From Chiloscyllium plagiosum (taxonomy: Eukaryota): a DNA stretch of 59,276 nucleotides. Positions 13,125 through 26,203 of this stretch are shown here, piece after piece; position 1 is the first letter of the stretch; every line of letters begins with the position of its first letter. The notes under the pieces were generated by a model. That model searched no databases, was not told the DNA's origin, and saw only the letters and a list, made by a program, of their open reading frames with translations. The translations under genes and the position numbers were made by a program. The DNA is taken from positions 33,262,172-33,321,447 of the forward strand of contig NC_057720.1 in assembly GCF_004010195.1 (NCBI RefSeq), written 5' to 3'.

Positions 13125-13790
13125 TCACGGGATGTGGGAGTTATTGGCTGGAACAGTGTTTATTGCCCATCCCTAGTTGCCCTTGAGTAATAATGGTGAA
13201 ACTGCCTTCTTGAAATGCTGCAGTCCATTTATCTAAGTAGACCCACAATGCTGTGAGGGAGTGAATTCCAGGATTGTGACCCATTGACAGTGAAAGAATG
13301 AAGATATATTTCCAAATCATAATGGCGAGTGGCTTGGAGGGGAACTTGCAGCTCATGTTCCTATGTATCTGCTGCCCTTGTCCATCTAATTTGAAGTGGT
13401 CATGTGTGCAGAGGATGCTGTCTAAGAATTTTTGCAATGCATCTTGTAGATAATGTACACTGCTGCTTCTGAATGTTGGCGGTGGAGGGATTGGATGTTT
13501 GCGGATGAGGTGTCAATCAAACAGACTGCGCTATCCAAGATGTTGTCAAGCTTCTAGCATGTTTTTGGAGCTGCACCCTTCCAGACAAGCACAGAGCATT
13601 CTTTTATACTTCTGTAGCTGTAATTAGTTTAGTTCAGTGATGGTACACCACTGAATGTCAAGGGGTGATGATTACATTCTGTCCTGTTGGAAATTGTCAT
13701 TGAATGGCACTTGTGTGGTACAAATATTCCTGGATATGTCCTGGAATTGCTTTATTTGGAATGATGTGAAAGAGGTGAATGCTAGCCATA
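13125..13790 (-). mobile_element. Old CR1-group LINE 3' fragment
   Basis: Reverse complement is similar to 40440-40915 and 52380-53440. Confidence 0.7.
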
Positions 13791-13809
13791 AGCAGCCCAT
13801 TGCTTGTGG

Positions 13810-13908
13810 CACAAAAGCAGAAATTACTGGACAATCTCAGCAGGTCTGGCAGCATCTATAGGAAGAAATCAGAGTTTGTGTTTCGGGTAGTAACCCTTCT
13901 TCATAACT
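13810..13908 (-). mobile_element. Penelope-like 3' fragment (family B), degenerate hammerhead
   Basis: Minus strand agttATGAAGAagggttactacccGAAAcacaaactctg. Confidence 0.6.
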
Positions 13909-16229
13909 TCTGGCACCTGCAATGTTGCTGTGGGAGGAGGAGAACATCATTTCACCATCTGTCACGAAATTGTTATAATGGACTCTACTGAATGCAATGT
14001 TTCATGGTTGATGTGGATTTGGGATGGGAAGGAGTCAGAGTGCAGCAAGCATTTCCTTTCTTAGGTATTGTGTTGGTCAGTCAGCTGGTGCAGCACCATC
14101 CCCAGGTTGGTACACTTGCTGAGGTTGAAATCGAATGAATCTTGGGGACATGGCCTTCACCTCAAGAGTACTGTCTGTCTCACTGTGTGGAGGAGTGTCT
14201 ACAGCCTTCATTTCCATGGTAGAACTCCACTAACTCTTCTGAGATCTAAAAACTTGCTCTGCTCTTTGCATTCCCAACATGGGTCATTGGCAGCAAGAAT
14301 CATAAACCTGGCACTGCTGGGATGTTGGTCACTGAGGCTGCCTTCCTAAGAATGTGAAGGCAGATGCAAGAGGACCAAAGCCAAGAACAAATCCCGGAGC
14401 AGCAGCAAGCTGCCACAGAGGCTGAAGCATACCCAGCTCAAGCAGAGGTTGCAACCTCAGAGCCTTTCAAAATGAATCGTGATCTGTAGGAGAACCAGAG
14501 TCCCCGACTCCATTTCCTCAGGATGAGCTGGGCGCAGTGTTGTCACAGGATCCGTATGTCCTGGAACATTGTGCTGGAACTTTGCCCAATGCTACTGCGG
14601 GATCTGAGGGTCCAGGATTGAGAGGTCATCCTTTCCCAGTGGCTATGAAGGTGGGAGTTGCTTTGAATATATATGTGACTGTCTCCTTTCAGGGAGTGAT
14701 GGGTTACCCGAATGAAATCTCTCACTTTGCACTTACAATCGGGTAAGGGCAATGACTGATGACAACTGTGCAAGCTCATGCCAGTTCATTTTGTTTCCTG
14801 ATGATGAAGTCAATGCTGCAGCCTGGCCAGTCAGATTTGGAAACATTTTTTATTGTAAATATATTTATTAGCAATTTTTTTTAACTTTACAAACATATAA
14901 AATTATTGAAAAAAACAATCACAAATATCAGTATAATAAAAAGAAAGAAAACAATCACAAATATCAGAATAATAAAAAGAAAAAAAACACAAATTACAAT
15001 ACAATTACTATCTACTAACTACTAACCTACTCTATAATACAAAGCAAATCCTAACACTGTGTAAAGCAACACCAAAAAAAAAAGAAAGCCAAAAAAACCA
15101 AAAAAAACTCACAAAATACAGAATAGCTATGCTCGACACAAGGCTCCCAAACAAAGGAACGGGAGCATTGTATACACACCCGTATTAACTCGGGAGACCC
15201 TCTCCAGGGCCCAGGGCTTGACAAATCTACCCATCCTTGTTAAACAAACGCCCTAGTTAAGATAACTGATAAATCTATATCCAAATAACTCAAGTAGAGC
15301 TGCCATGTCTTATAAAAATTGTCTGTTGTGTGGTGCGCCATGTTTGTAAGAAAGTCCAAGGGAATGTGCTCCATAATTAATTTCTGACATCCCAGCAAGC
15401 CCGGCGGGTTCTCAGACACCCAATCAGAATATTCTTCTGTGCACAGTATGCAAGAATATTAAATAGTTTCTTCCCATGCCCGTCTAAAGATGGTAAATTC
15501 AGTAGACCTAAGAGGAGAGATATTGGGTCTATTTTGACTTCAGTCCTCAATACCCTCCCTATCTCTTCCCTAAAGCGCTCCAATAAACACAGAGCCTGAG
15601 GCACTTCCAGAAGCAATGGGTAAGAGTACCTACACTTATTTTACATTTGGGGTACACTGAAGATGCCCCTTTTTTAAACTTCACCAGACGGTTTGGTGCC
15701 AGATGAGCCCTGTGCAAAACTTTTAACTGCGTAGCACATGTCCTGTTACAGATTGAGATCTTTCAAGTATTCTCCCATATGTTCTCCCATGTTTCAAAAG
15801 AGATCTCCACTCCCAGCTCTTGCTCCCAGACCTCACATAGCCAGTTAATATCCTGCCAGGCCCTGCCACCCAGCAGGGATAGAGGGCACTAACCGAAAGG
15901 GTGCTTGTGGAGCATAGCAACATCCTCTCTGTATCAGGCTTATAGGGCTTAGTGAGAAGTGTAGACTTCTTCTGGATGAAATCCCTAACCTGAAAAAAAT
16001 GGAAAAAGTCTCTGCTGGGCAACCCGTATTCGCAGCTCAGTTCCTCAAAAGACATCATAACCTCCCCCTCAAACAAGTCTCCCAAACTAGAAACTCCTCT
16101 TGCTGCCCATAGTTTGAACCCTGAGTCCATCATCCCTGGTCGGTACCCTGACATGCCAACTATAGGTGTAAGTGGCAAAGTCTTGGATAAGCAACCCTCA
16201 CTCTGACGTATCGCCCTCCATGCCCTGAC

Positions 16230-17304
16230 AGAGTCAGCATGGATTTATGAAGGGGAAATCATGCTTGACTAATCTTCTTGAATTTTTTGAGATGTAACTC
16301 TGAGGTTGGACGAGGGAGATCCAGTAGATGTAGTGTACCTGGACTTTCAGAAAGCTTTTGATAAAGTCCCACACAGGAGGTTAGTGAGTAAAATTAGGGC
16401 GCATGGTATTGGGGGCAAAGTACTAGATTGGATTGAAAATTGGTTGGCTAATAGGAAACAAAGGGTAGTGATAAACGGTTCCATTTCGGAATGGCAGGCA
16501 GTGACCAGCGGGGTACNNNNNNNNNNNNNNNNNNNNNNNNNNNNNNNNNNNNNNNNNNNNNNNNNNNNNNNNNNNNNNNNNNNNNNNNNNNNNNNNNNNN
16601 NNNNNNNNNNNNNNNNNNNNNNNNNNNNNNNNNNNNNNNNNNNNNNNNNNNNNNNNNNNNNNNNNNNNNNNNNNNNNNNNNNNNNNNNNNNNNNNNNNNN
16701 NNNNNNNNNNNNNNNNNNNNNNNNNNNNNNNNNNNNNNNNNNNNNNNNNNNNNNNNNNNNNNNNNNNNNNNNNNNNNNNNNNNNNNNNNNNNNNNNNNNN
16801 NNNNNNNNNNNNNNNNNNNNNNNNNNNNNNNNNNNNNNNNNNNNNNNNNNNNNNNNNNNNNNNNNNNNNNNNNNNNNNNNNNNNNNNNNNNNNNNNNNNN
16901 NNNNNNNNNNNNNNNNNNNNNNNNNNNNNNNNNNNNNNNNNNNNNNNNNNNNNNNNNNNNNNNNNNNNNNNNNNNNNNNNNNNNNNNNNNNNNNCAGAAT
17001 CTGGTTTCCAGCATCTGCAGTCATTGTTTTTACCTCATTTAGGACAGAGCTCAGGAGAAATTTCTTCACCCAGAGAGTGGTGGCTGTGTGGAATGCTCTG
17101 CCCCAGAGGGCAGTGGAGGCCCACTCTCTGGATTCATTTAAGAAGGAGTTGGATAGAGCTCTCAAAGATAGTGGAATTAAGGGTTATGGAGATAAGGCAG
17201 GAATAGGATACTGATTAGGAATGATCAGCCATGATTATATTGAATGGCGGTGCAGGCTCGAAGGGCTGAATGGCCTACTCCTGCACCTATTGTCTATTGT
17301 CCAT
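16230..17304 (+). mobile_element. CR1 LINE containing an assembly gap
   Basis: DVVYLDFQKAFDKVPH before the gap; RRNFFTQRVV..WNALP after it; (ctattgt)n tail. Confidence 0.9.
16517..16994. other. Assembly gap (478 N)
   Basis: Run of N. Confidence 1.
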
Positions 17305-17748
17305 TGACTGTACTAATGACAATGGGTTCCAGCAGTGGTCCATAACTGTCCTCATCTTATCCATGAACAATAGGTTAATAAGAGGGAACTTTGCTTGGGA
17401 GGCCTTAATATCCAGCCACATTGAGTTTGGATCATCGGAAACATATTTTGCTTCCCCCAGGACCAGGCGTCACCAACTTTACACCTAGTGACTGCTGTGC
17501 TATTACATTGTCAGTGAGGGGCAACTTCAGATTGCCAGTGTTTGCCTGGATGATCAGTGACCTTTTAAAGATGGCATGAGCATCAGAGACACCAGTTATT
17601 ATTGGATATCCAGTGAATGATAAGCTTGTCCAGGAATGTTGAGTAGTAACATGGGGCTAGAAATGTTTGGAGAACATGTCTTCTGGGCTATAGCCAGGAC
17701 CTTGTTGGAGACCATTGCTTTTGCTGTATCCAGTGTCATCAGCCATTT

Positions 17749-18200
17749 AAGACCATAAGCCATAGGAACAGAAATAGGCCATTCAGCCCATTGAGTCTAC
17801 TCCACTATTTGATCATGGCCAATATCTTTCTCAAGTCGATTCTCCACCTTCTCCCTGTAACCCTGATCCTCTTGTCAGTCAAGAACCTATCTATTTCTGT
17901 CTCAAAAACACTCAATGACTTGGCCTCCACAGGCTTCTGTAGCAATGGGTTCCATAGATCCACCACCCTCTGGATGAAGAAATTCCTCCCCCTCTCAGTT
18001 CTCAAGGGTCATCCCTTCATTCTGAGGCTGTGGCCTTCAGAACTAATCTCTCCTACTAGTGGAAACATCTTTTCCACATCCATGCTATCCAGGCTCCTCA
18101 GGAATTTTTTTTCTGTAAGATTCAATCAGATCACCCCTCATTCTCATAAACTCTATTAAGTACAGCCGTGGAGTCCTCAACCGCTCCTCACATGACAAGT
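17749..18200 (-). mobile_element. CR1 LINE 3' fragment
   Basis: ORF 17805-18005 RNFFIQRVVDLWN...FETEIDRFL. Confidence 0.9.
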
Positions 18201-18524
18201 CTTCGTATTGTCACTTGTATGTAGGAAAATGCAGTGAAACATGTATAAATCATCATAATCCGGCACATTACCTCTTGGCCTTGGTGACTACAACTTGAAC
18301 AATGGCTTCAGTATCAGTGAAGGTAGTTTGGTCATTCCACTTCCTTGGAGTTTGAATGGTCCTTCAGTCCTCGAGGGTTGGGACCGGTGTCTAGTATTTG
18401 GGAGTTGGGGCAATCTGTGGCGGCAGCTGGAGTGCCAGGGGCTTGATAGATGGCTTCAGAGTCAGAGTCTTGGTCGGTCCCTTGGCAGCAATTTGGCAGC
18501 TTCAGCTTCATCGGTGGCCATGGA

Positions 18525-18942
18525 GTGGGTCCTGCCTGAGCTCCGTGTGATGTGTCCTGTCTGTGCTCCGTGTGGTGTATCCTGCCTATGCTCCGTGTGG
18601 TGTGTCCTGTCTATGCTCCATGTGGTGTGTCCTGTCTGTGCTCCGTGTGGTGTGTCCTGTCTATGCTCCGTGTGGTGTGTCCTGTCTATGCTCCATGTGT
18701 TATGTCCTGTCTGTGCTCCGTGTGGGGTGTCCTGTCTATGCTCCGTGTGGTGTGTCCTGTCTGTGCTCCGTGTGGTGTGTCCTGTCTGAGCTCTGTGTAA
18801 TGTGTCCTGTCTGTGCTCCTTTTGGGGTGTCTTGTCTATGCTCCGTGTGTTATGTCCTGTCTGTGCTCCGTGTGGGGTGTCCTGTCTATGCACCGTGTGG
18901 TGTGTCCTGTCTATGCTCCGTGTGGTGGGTCCTGTCTGAGCT
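18525..18942. repeat. 25-bp minisatellite, about 16.7 units, consensus tgtgtcctgtctRtgctccgtgtgg
   Basis: Direct tandem periodicity; variant unit gtgggtcctgYctgagct occurs at 18525 and 18925, exactly 400 bp apart. Confidence 0.97.
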
Positions 18943-19194
18943 GTTTGTGCTACTGATGGGGGCTGCTTCAGCAGCAGGGCGGGGGACATTGTGGATCCAG
19001 TCCTTCCTCCTTTTGGCATTGCCCTGTAGCCACTTCAGAAACGCGGTAGCCATGGAGGGAAAAACAAACGAACTTTATCGTAACTTTGTCTCAATTATTT
19101 CTTCTTATGATTTCTGTATTCAAAATCATGCTGGATTTTGATGACTGACATACTTTACACTGTATTATCATAAATACAAGTGTCAATAAATTAC

Positions 19195-19860
19195 TCCTTT
19201 GTCTATGTCGCTCATTACCTCCTCAAAGAATTCTAACAGATTTGTCAGGCATGACCTTGACAAAGCCATGCGGACTCAGACTATTTTGCCATGCACTTCC
19301 AAGTTAGAACATAGAACATAGAACATAGAAAAAATACAGCGTGGTACACACCCTTTGGCCCTCGATGTTGCGCCGATCCAAGCCCACCTAACCTACACTA
19401 GCCCACTATCCTCCATGTGCCTATCCAATTCCCGTTTAAATGCCCCAGCTCACTCCTAAGAACTGCTGGTCTAATCCAAGCATTCACATTTCAACAGCTT
19501 CAACTGCGCCACCACCAGCAGTGGCCACCGCTTGGACTATAGCTGGAGGATGAGAATATAAGAACGAGGAGAAGGAGTAGGCAATTCAGGCCGTCAAGCC
19601 TGCTGCAATATTTAACATGATCATGGCTGTTCTCAACTCGACCTCAACTCCACTTTCCTGCCTGCTTCTCATAACACTTAAACCAATCAGTAATTATAAA
19701 TCTGTCTCTCCCTTCTTTAAATTTATTCAGCTTTTCTGTATCAACTGCACTCTGTGGTAGTACATTCCGCAGATTCATGACCCTTTGACAGAAGCAATTC
19801 TTCCTATCTCTGTTTTAAATCTTTCACCCTATAGCTTAAAACTGTGAATTCTCGTTCTAG
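19195..19860 (-). mobile_element. Cluster of short CR1 fragments, including an (agaacat)n tail at about 19305-19330
   Basis: RT fragment cctcaaagaattctaacagatttgtcaggcatgac and two CR1 3' UTRs. Confidence 0.75.
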
Positions 19861-20199
19861 TTGAGGGCCACACTGGTTTTGGGGGATAGCAGGGTGGTGG
19901 TCAAACTGCTGAGGAAAGGCAGCAGTTCCCATGTGTTTGGCGGGGTGAATCCTCCATCGCTGAAAGAGTGCCTGAAAAGGTGGACATGCCACCAGAGGCA
20001 ACTGGGAGATCATCAAGATTTATCTGGCACACTCCACACAAAATGGTATGTCCTCCAACCACTGGTGGAATGCCAATGGAGCCAGTCAGAGATGCCTATT
20101 GGCAACTTAAATGATTCAATTGGGTTCAAAACAGACATGGCTTCTACCACTGGCAATGACATGGTGGTGGAAAGATGCGATTTTATAAATGGATTTAGA

Positions 20200-20485
20200 G
20201 GGCAGCATGGTGGCACAGTGGTTAGCACTGCTGCCTCACAGCGCCAGAGATCCGGGTTCAATTCCCGCCTCAGGCAACCCACTGTGTGGAGTTTGCACAT
20301 TCTCCCCGTGTCTTCGTGGGTTTCCTCCGGGTGCTCCGGTTTCCTCCCACAGTCCAAAGATGTGCTGGTTAGGTGAATTGGCCATGCTAAATTATCCGTA
20401 GTGTTAGCTGAAGGGGTGGGTTGCAGGCCGGTGTGGACTTGTTGGGCCGAAGGGCCTGTTTCCACACTGTAAGTAATCTAATCTA
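20200..20485 (+). mobile_element. HE1/V-SINE-like SINE
   Basis: A/B-box head ggtggcacagtggttagc...gggttcaattccc, core gtttgcacattctccccgtg, (aatct)n tail. Confidence 0.9.
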
Positions 20486-20906
20486 TAAATTGGGCGAGAA
20501 ATTTTAGTGGCATTGAGTAAGAAATTTTAGAACTAGGACTTTACAGCAAATATAAACTGCACTTACAAAGCAAGTACACGCATGGTCCTCATCTGAGATG
20601 CTACAAATTTTAGTGAGTACAACATTGAAAATGAGCTAATATTAAAAAAGGAAGCAAATAGATACATAAAAGAAATATTTGCAGAGCTATGGGATAAAGG
20701 GAAAGACTAACCGCAAAGTTCTTTCAAAGAACCAGCACAGTCTGTGTTTTTAGCAGCAATTTTATAATTAAAAGGTTTAGGATAGCTAACACCTTTCATG
20801 ATCTCTCAAATTACAAATATATTTGTGGTGCAGGTTCGAAGGGCAGAATGGCCTACTCCTGCACCTAATGTCTATATTTGAGATTTTTACGTAAAAGCTG
20901 TCTCAC

Positions 20907-21057
20907 CTGTCAATATTCTTTGTAATGTTTCATTGAAGCACATCTGAACTGCTCTTCTAGCCTGTGCTCTTCCGAGCAAATCAGAACCCAAATGCTTTGC
21001 TATCTGACAACGATTAGTAGCCCCAGCTTGTATACGTACTTTTTCAGGAAGTGCAAC
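20907..21057 (-). CDS. Candidate internal coding exon of an unidentified gene: VALPEKVRIQAGATNRCQIAKHLGSDLLGRAQARRAVQMCFNETLQRILT(G)
   Basis: 151 nt, open in phase 0; acceptor cttttcctttcctatatatctag; strong donor ACAG/gtgaga; non-repetitive sequence. Confidence 0.6.
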
Positions 21058-21264
21058 CTAGATATATAGGAAAGGAAAAGTATTCATCTTTGTCGGCAGG
21101 ATGCTATCTAAACACAAAATTGCAAAATAATAAATCTGAAATGTGAATATAATTGGAACTAACAAATTTGACTTGGTTAAGAAAGAAAACAAAACTTTTG
21201 GACCAGCAGTTCCAATATTTTGTTGAACTCTAAGTCCGTGCTGAAAGGAATTGAAATCAAAATA

Positions 21265-21383
21265 CTGTGAATGTTGCAAATCTGGAATAAAAACACAAAG
21301 TACTGGAAAAAATCAGTAGGTCTGGCAGCATCTGTGCAGAGAGAAACAGAGTTAAGTATGAGTCCAGTATGATGCTTCAGAAC
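21265..21383 (-). mobile_element. Degenerate Penelope-like 3' fragment (family B)
   Basis: ggtctggcagcatctgtgcagagagaaacagagttaa...cttcagaac, like 53710-53786. Confidence 0.6.
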
Positions 21384-22357
21384 ACTGACTTCCCTTGCTG
21401 ACACTGCCTTGTAAGGAATGGCCGATTTCCCCAGTTCAAGAGGACTGTCAGCATCAATGAAATAACGTCCTGAAGCTTCAGAACAAGGATTGTAGATAAA
21501 ATTGACACCTGTCATTTGTTATTAGATTCTTTATTTCACAGATGTAAAAGAAATTATAAGACAATACAAATACTAGTGGATAGGTGGAATCCAGATAATG
21601 ACATCAAGTAGTGGAGTTGCTGCTGCAAGCTACTGCCATGCTATTTGTCGTTATTTCCTTCTTTGAATGTTTCTACTAAGCTGTGCATGACCACTGAGTG
21701 ATCCATCATGTACTGTCCAAGAAGCAAACAGATTGCCCACAAACAACATTCCCCCAAAGAGGTGCACATGGGTGGCATCAAACAAGCCTTGGACAGCAAT
21801 GAGAAGTTAGAAAGAATATTGCTTTCATTTTTCCCTGGTTTCTTCACAACCTCTTGCCTCCCCTTTAAGACTGCATCCTCTTCCACTTTCCTCATTCCTC
21901 TCTTCCTTCCCCCGTTTTATTTGATTTTGAACCTTCCCCGTTCTCCCTGCTTCCTTAAACAGGTTTTATTTTCTAAATTGACTATTAAATGTTCGGTGCC
22001 ACTAAACACGGTTTTCAAAAGTGAGCCACTGAAGTTCCTGTTGAAGATTAGAGATGGGACACTGAGCAAGACAAATTAATATAGATACGAGAAAAAAAGG
22101 TTTAAAAATGGCTCTAAGACTTCAGAATTTGCAGGGTCTTCAGAGGAGAAACTGCAACAAGGAAATTTACAGGTTTCAACTGTAAAATCTAAGCCCATGG
22201 GACAGAGAGAGATGAAGAAATGCAACAACATCACCTTGCAGATGGAGACCTGAATCATGGCAATCCACTATTTTCCAAAATAGGTAGAGAATATGCATTA
22301 AATGTGTTGACTGGAATTTTACTATGATCATACTAAAAAACATTACCAGCAGTTACA

Positions 22358-23714
22358 CAGTCCATCATTAAGGATGAGGTTTCTAAATTCTTGGAAGAGC
22401 AGAGTCTGATTAGAACAAGTCAACATGGATTTAGTAAAGGGAGGTCATGCCTGACAAACCTGTTGGAATTTTTTGAAGAGGTAACAAGTAGGTTAGACCA
22501 GGGAAACCCAGTGGATGTGGTCTATCTAGACTTTCAAAAGGCCTTTGATAAGGTGCCACACGGGAGGCTGCTGAGCTAGGTGAGGGCCCATGGTGTTCGA
22601 GGTGAGCTGCTGGGATGGATTGAGGATTGGCTGTCTGACAGAAGGCAGAGAGTTGGGATAAAAGGTTCTTTTTCGGAATGGCAGCCGGTGACGAGCGGTG
22701 TCCCGCAGGGTTCGGTGCTGGGGTCACAGCTGTTCGCATTATATATTAATGATTTGGATGAGGGAGCCGGGGGCATTCTAGCGAAGTTTGCCGATGGTAC
22801 GAAGTTAGGTGGACAGGCAGGTAGTACTGAGGAAGTGGGGCGGCTGCAGAAGGATCTTGACAGGTTGGGAGAGTGGTCCAGGAAGTGGCTGATGGAATTT
22901 AACGTGAGCAAGTGCGAGGTCTTGCACTTTGGCAAAAATAATAAAAGCATAGACTACTTTCTAAATGGTGAGAACATTAATAAAGCCAAAGCACAAAGGG
23001 ATTGGGAGTGCTAGTCGAGGATTCTCTAAAGGTAAACATGCAGGTTGAGTCCGTGATTAAGAAAGCGAATGCAATGTTGTCTCTTATCTCAAGAGGGTTG
23101 GAATATAAAAGCAGAGATGTACTACTAAGACTTTATAAAGCTCTGGTTAGGCCCCATTTGGAGTACTGTGTCCAGTTTTGGTCCCCACACCTCAGGAAGG
23201 ACATACTGGCACTGGAACGTGTCCAGCGGAGATTCACACGGATGATCCCTGGAATGACAGGTCTAACATATGAGGAACGGCTGAGGATACTGGGATTGTA
23301 TTCGTTTGAGTTTAGAAGATTAAGGGGAGACTTAATAGAGACGTACAAAATAATACATGGCTTGGAAAAGGTGGATGCTAGGAAATTGTTTCCGTTAGAC
23401 GAGGAGACTAGGACCCGTGGACACAGCCTTAGAATTAGAGGGGGTCATTTCAGAACAGAAATGCGGAGACATTTCTTCAGCCAGAGAGTGGTGGGCCTGT
23501 GGAATTCATTGCCACGGAGTGCAGTGGAAGCCGGGACGCTAAATGTCTTCAAGGCCGAGATTGATAGATTCTTGTTGTCTAGAGGAATTAAGGGCTACGG
23601 GGAGAACGCTGGTAAGTGGAGCTGAAATGCGCATCAGCCATGATTGAATGGCGGAGTGGACTCGATGGGTCGAATGACCTTACTTCCACTCCTATGTCTT
23701 ATGGTCTTATGGTC
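22358..23714 (+). mobile_element. Relatively young 5'-truncated CR1 LINE (RT with one stop and one frameshift)
   Basis: Consecutive ORFs 22391-22579, 22580-23014 and 23002-23625 (QHGFSKGRSCLTNL, GVPQGSVLG, RPHLEYCVQFWSP); CpGs retained; (tcttatgg)n tail. Confidence 0.97.
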
Positions 23715-25505
23715 CTGTTCCTGAGTGAATACTGACGAAAAGTATTCATTCAGTGTCTCCCCAATCTCTTCAGCCGCCACACGCAACTTCCCACTACTAT
23801 CCTTGACTGGACCTATTCCTACCCTAGTCATTCTCCACAATCTCATCCTTAATAACAAACTCGAAAACCTAACCAATGTCTGACATTAGGCTCTTCGGCT
23901 TGTAATTTCCTGTTTTCTGCTTCCCTCTTCTTAAATAGCATTGGTTTATCAGACATTTTCCAGACCTCTGCGACCCTCCCTGACTCCAGTGATTCCTGAA
24001 AGATCATCACCAATTCCACCACAATCTCCTCAGCAATCTCATTCAGAACTTTGGATGTAGTCTGTGTGATTTATCTACCTTCAGACTTTCCAGTGTCCCC
24101 AGTACCTTCTCCTTAGTGATGGCCAGTACAGTCACCTCTGCCCCGACTCTCTGCTACTAGTCTCTTCTACTGTGAAAATTGATGCAAAGCACCTATTCAG
24201 TTCCTCTGCCATTTCTTTGTTCCCCATTACTATTTCTCCAGCCTTATTTTCCAGCAGTCCAATGTCCACTCTCGCCTCTCTCTTACCTTTTATATGTTTA
24301 CAAAAATCTTTGCAATCTTCTTTTATATACATTACTAGTGAGCTTAACCTCACATTTTATCTTCTCCACCATGTATTGCTTATTTAGTTGTCTTCTGATA
24401 GTTTTTAAAGGCTTCCCAATTGTCTGGCTTCCCATTAATCTTCACTATATTATATGCTTTTGCTTTGATAATGTGCCTGACTTCCCTTGTTGCTTCATCC
24501 TCCTCATTGTATGTTTCATCTGCCTTGGGATGAATCTCTCTGTTGCTGCTGAATTACCTCAAGAAACTCCTGCCATTATTGCTCCATCATCTTCCCTGCT
24601 CGGCTCCCCTTCCAATCAACCTTGGCCAGCTCTTCCCTCAGTCTATTCAGTTAAATTTTACTCAATTGTAATACTGTTCCATCTGATTTCAGCTCCCTTT
24701 CAAACTCCACAATGAATTTTATCACATTAACCCTCTAAGGGTTCCTTCACTTTAAGCTCCCTAATCAACTCTCCCTAATTTCACATTATCAAATCCAGAA
24801 TTGCCTGTTCCCTCGTGGGATCTATCACAAGCAGCTCCAAAAAAAAACCCATCTCATAGACATTCCACAAATTCCTTTCCTTGGGATCCACTATCAAGCT
24901 GATTTTCCCAGACCACCTGCATATTGAAGTAGTCTGTGATTATTGTGATACTGCCTTTCAGTGTTTGTCTTTTCCATCTCCTGATTTATTTTCTGCCGCA
25001 CATCCAACTGTTGCTAGGAGGCCTGTACGTAACTCTCGTCAAGATCGTTTTCTCTTTGTGGTTCCTCAACTCCATCCATACAGATTCTACACCTTCTGAC
25101 CCTATATCACTTCTTGCTATCGATTTAATTGTGCTTCTTTCTAACAAGGCAACCTGCCTCTTCTGCCCATCTACCTGCCCTATGGATAGGATGAGTATCC
25201 TTGGATATTTAGTTCCCAGCCCTGACCTCCTTCTAGCCATATCTCTGTGGTGCCCACAACAATGTACTCACCAATTCCAATCTGCACTACAAGCTCATTT
25301 ACCTTGCATGCATTTAAGCCCAACACTCTCAGTCCTGCATTGATTGGCCCTCCCTCTTGTCTGCTGTGCCTAAAATTAGATTCCTGACCCTTTCCATACG
25401 CTCTGTCCTATTGCTTGTTCTGGAAGCTTTAATAATCTCTGCTGAGCCCTCCTCCCCTTTAATGAGTTCAAAGTCCTTGTGAGCTCGATTTTCCATTTCT
25501 TGGTA
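23715..25505 (-). mobile_element. CR1 ORF2 fragments (endonuclease and linker)
   Basis: ORFs ETLNEYFSSVFTQE, AEELNRCFASIFTVE, VESVWMELRN...YRPP. Confidence 0.85.
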
Positions 25506-26203
25506 TGACATTGAATGAATTGAATTGGCTAAAGACTGACATCTGGTAGTTGTGGAGCTCAGGAAGAGGCCGAGCTGGATTGGGGTGAAGATGTTTGTGA
25601 AAGTTCATCTTGGTTTTTGCACTGAGGGGCTGGGACTCCCCATCATTGAGGAAGGGAGATAAATATGGACACTCCGCTTGTTAGTTGTTTAGTTATTCAC
25701 TACCAGTCATGACCGGATGTGGCAGGACTCCAGAGCTTTGATCTAATGCCTGTGGGATTGCTTTGATCTGTCTAATACACGCTGCTTTTGTAGTTTGACA
25801 CTAAGGTGGTCCTGCGTTGTAGCTTCACCAGGTTAGCACCTCATTTTTAAGAATGCCTGCTGCCAGTCCTGCTCTGCCCTTTTGCATCCTCATTGAATGA
25901 GATTGACAACATAATAAATCAATTTAAATTGCCCATAATTCTCTTTATGACACAAGTGAATGAATGTATTTTGTTTACTCATTTACGATTATTGAGGCAG
26001 GACTTAACAACTAATACACTTATAAAAATCTATCAATCTATGTTGCTGCATATGTCTATTTATTTATGCATATATAAATACAAAAGATTCTTTGTGTTGT
26101 TTACTATATACCATAGACTTTATTGTCCCATATGAATTTTGTGACCTTTAACACATTATCAGTCACCTGATTCTCATAATTTTAGCTTCATCTCAATTGC
26201 CAG

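Larger units (their letters stand above)
14846..17487 (-). mobile_element. L1-clade LINE ORF2 3' portion, split by a CR1 insertion at about 16230-17304
   Basis: ORFs 15723-16178 (FKLWAARGVSSLGDLF...FFHFFQVRDFI) and 15377-15616; L1 sequence resumes at 17305. Confidence 0.85.

Noticed and set aside
16306..17214. Long ORFs of 183-302 aa
   Set aside because: They read through a run of N
18295..19141. Cys/His-rich repetitive ORFs; possible CRISPR-like array
   Set aside because: The ORFs are translations of a 25-bp tandem repeat open in several frames; units abut with no unique spacers
20200..20270. tRNA-like sequence (also at 8330-8400 and 29017-29085)
   Set aside because: SINE heads continuous with SINE body and tail; not tRNA genes
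21542..21576. Possible plus-strand terminal exon (DVKEIIRQYKY*)
   Set aside because: Too short, and no supporting plus-strand exons
21641..22062. Minus-strand frame with a single stop (VPSLIFNR...KIK*NGG...MRKVEEDAV...)
   Set aside because: In-frame stop, low-complexity purine tract, no recognisable domain
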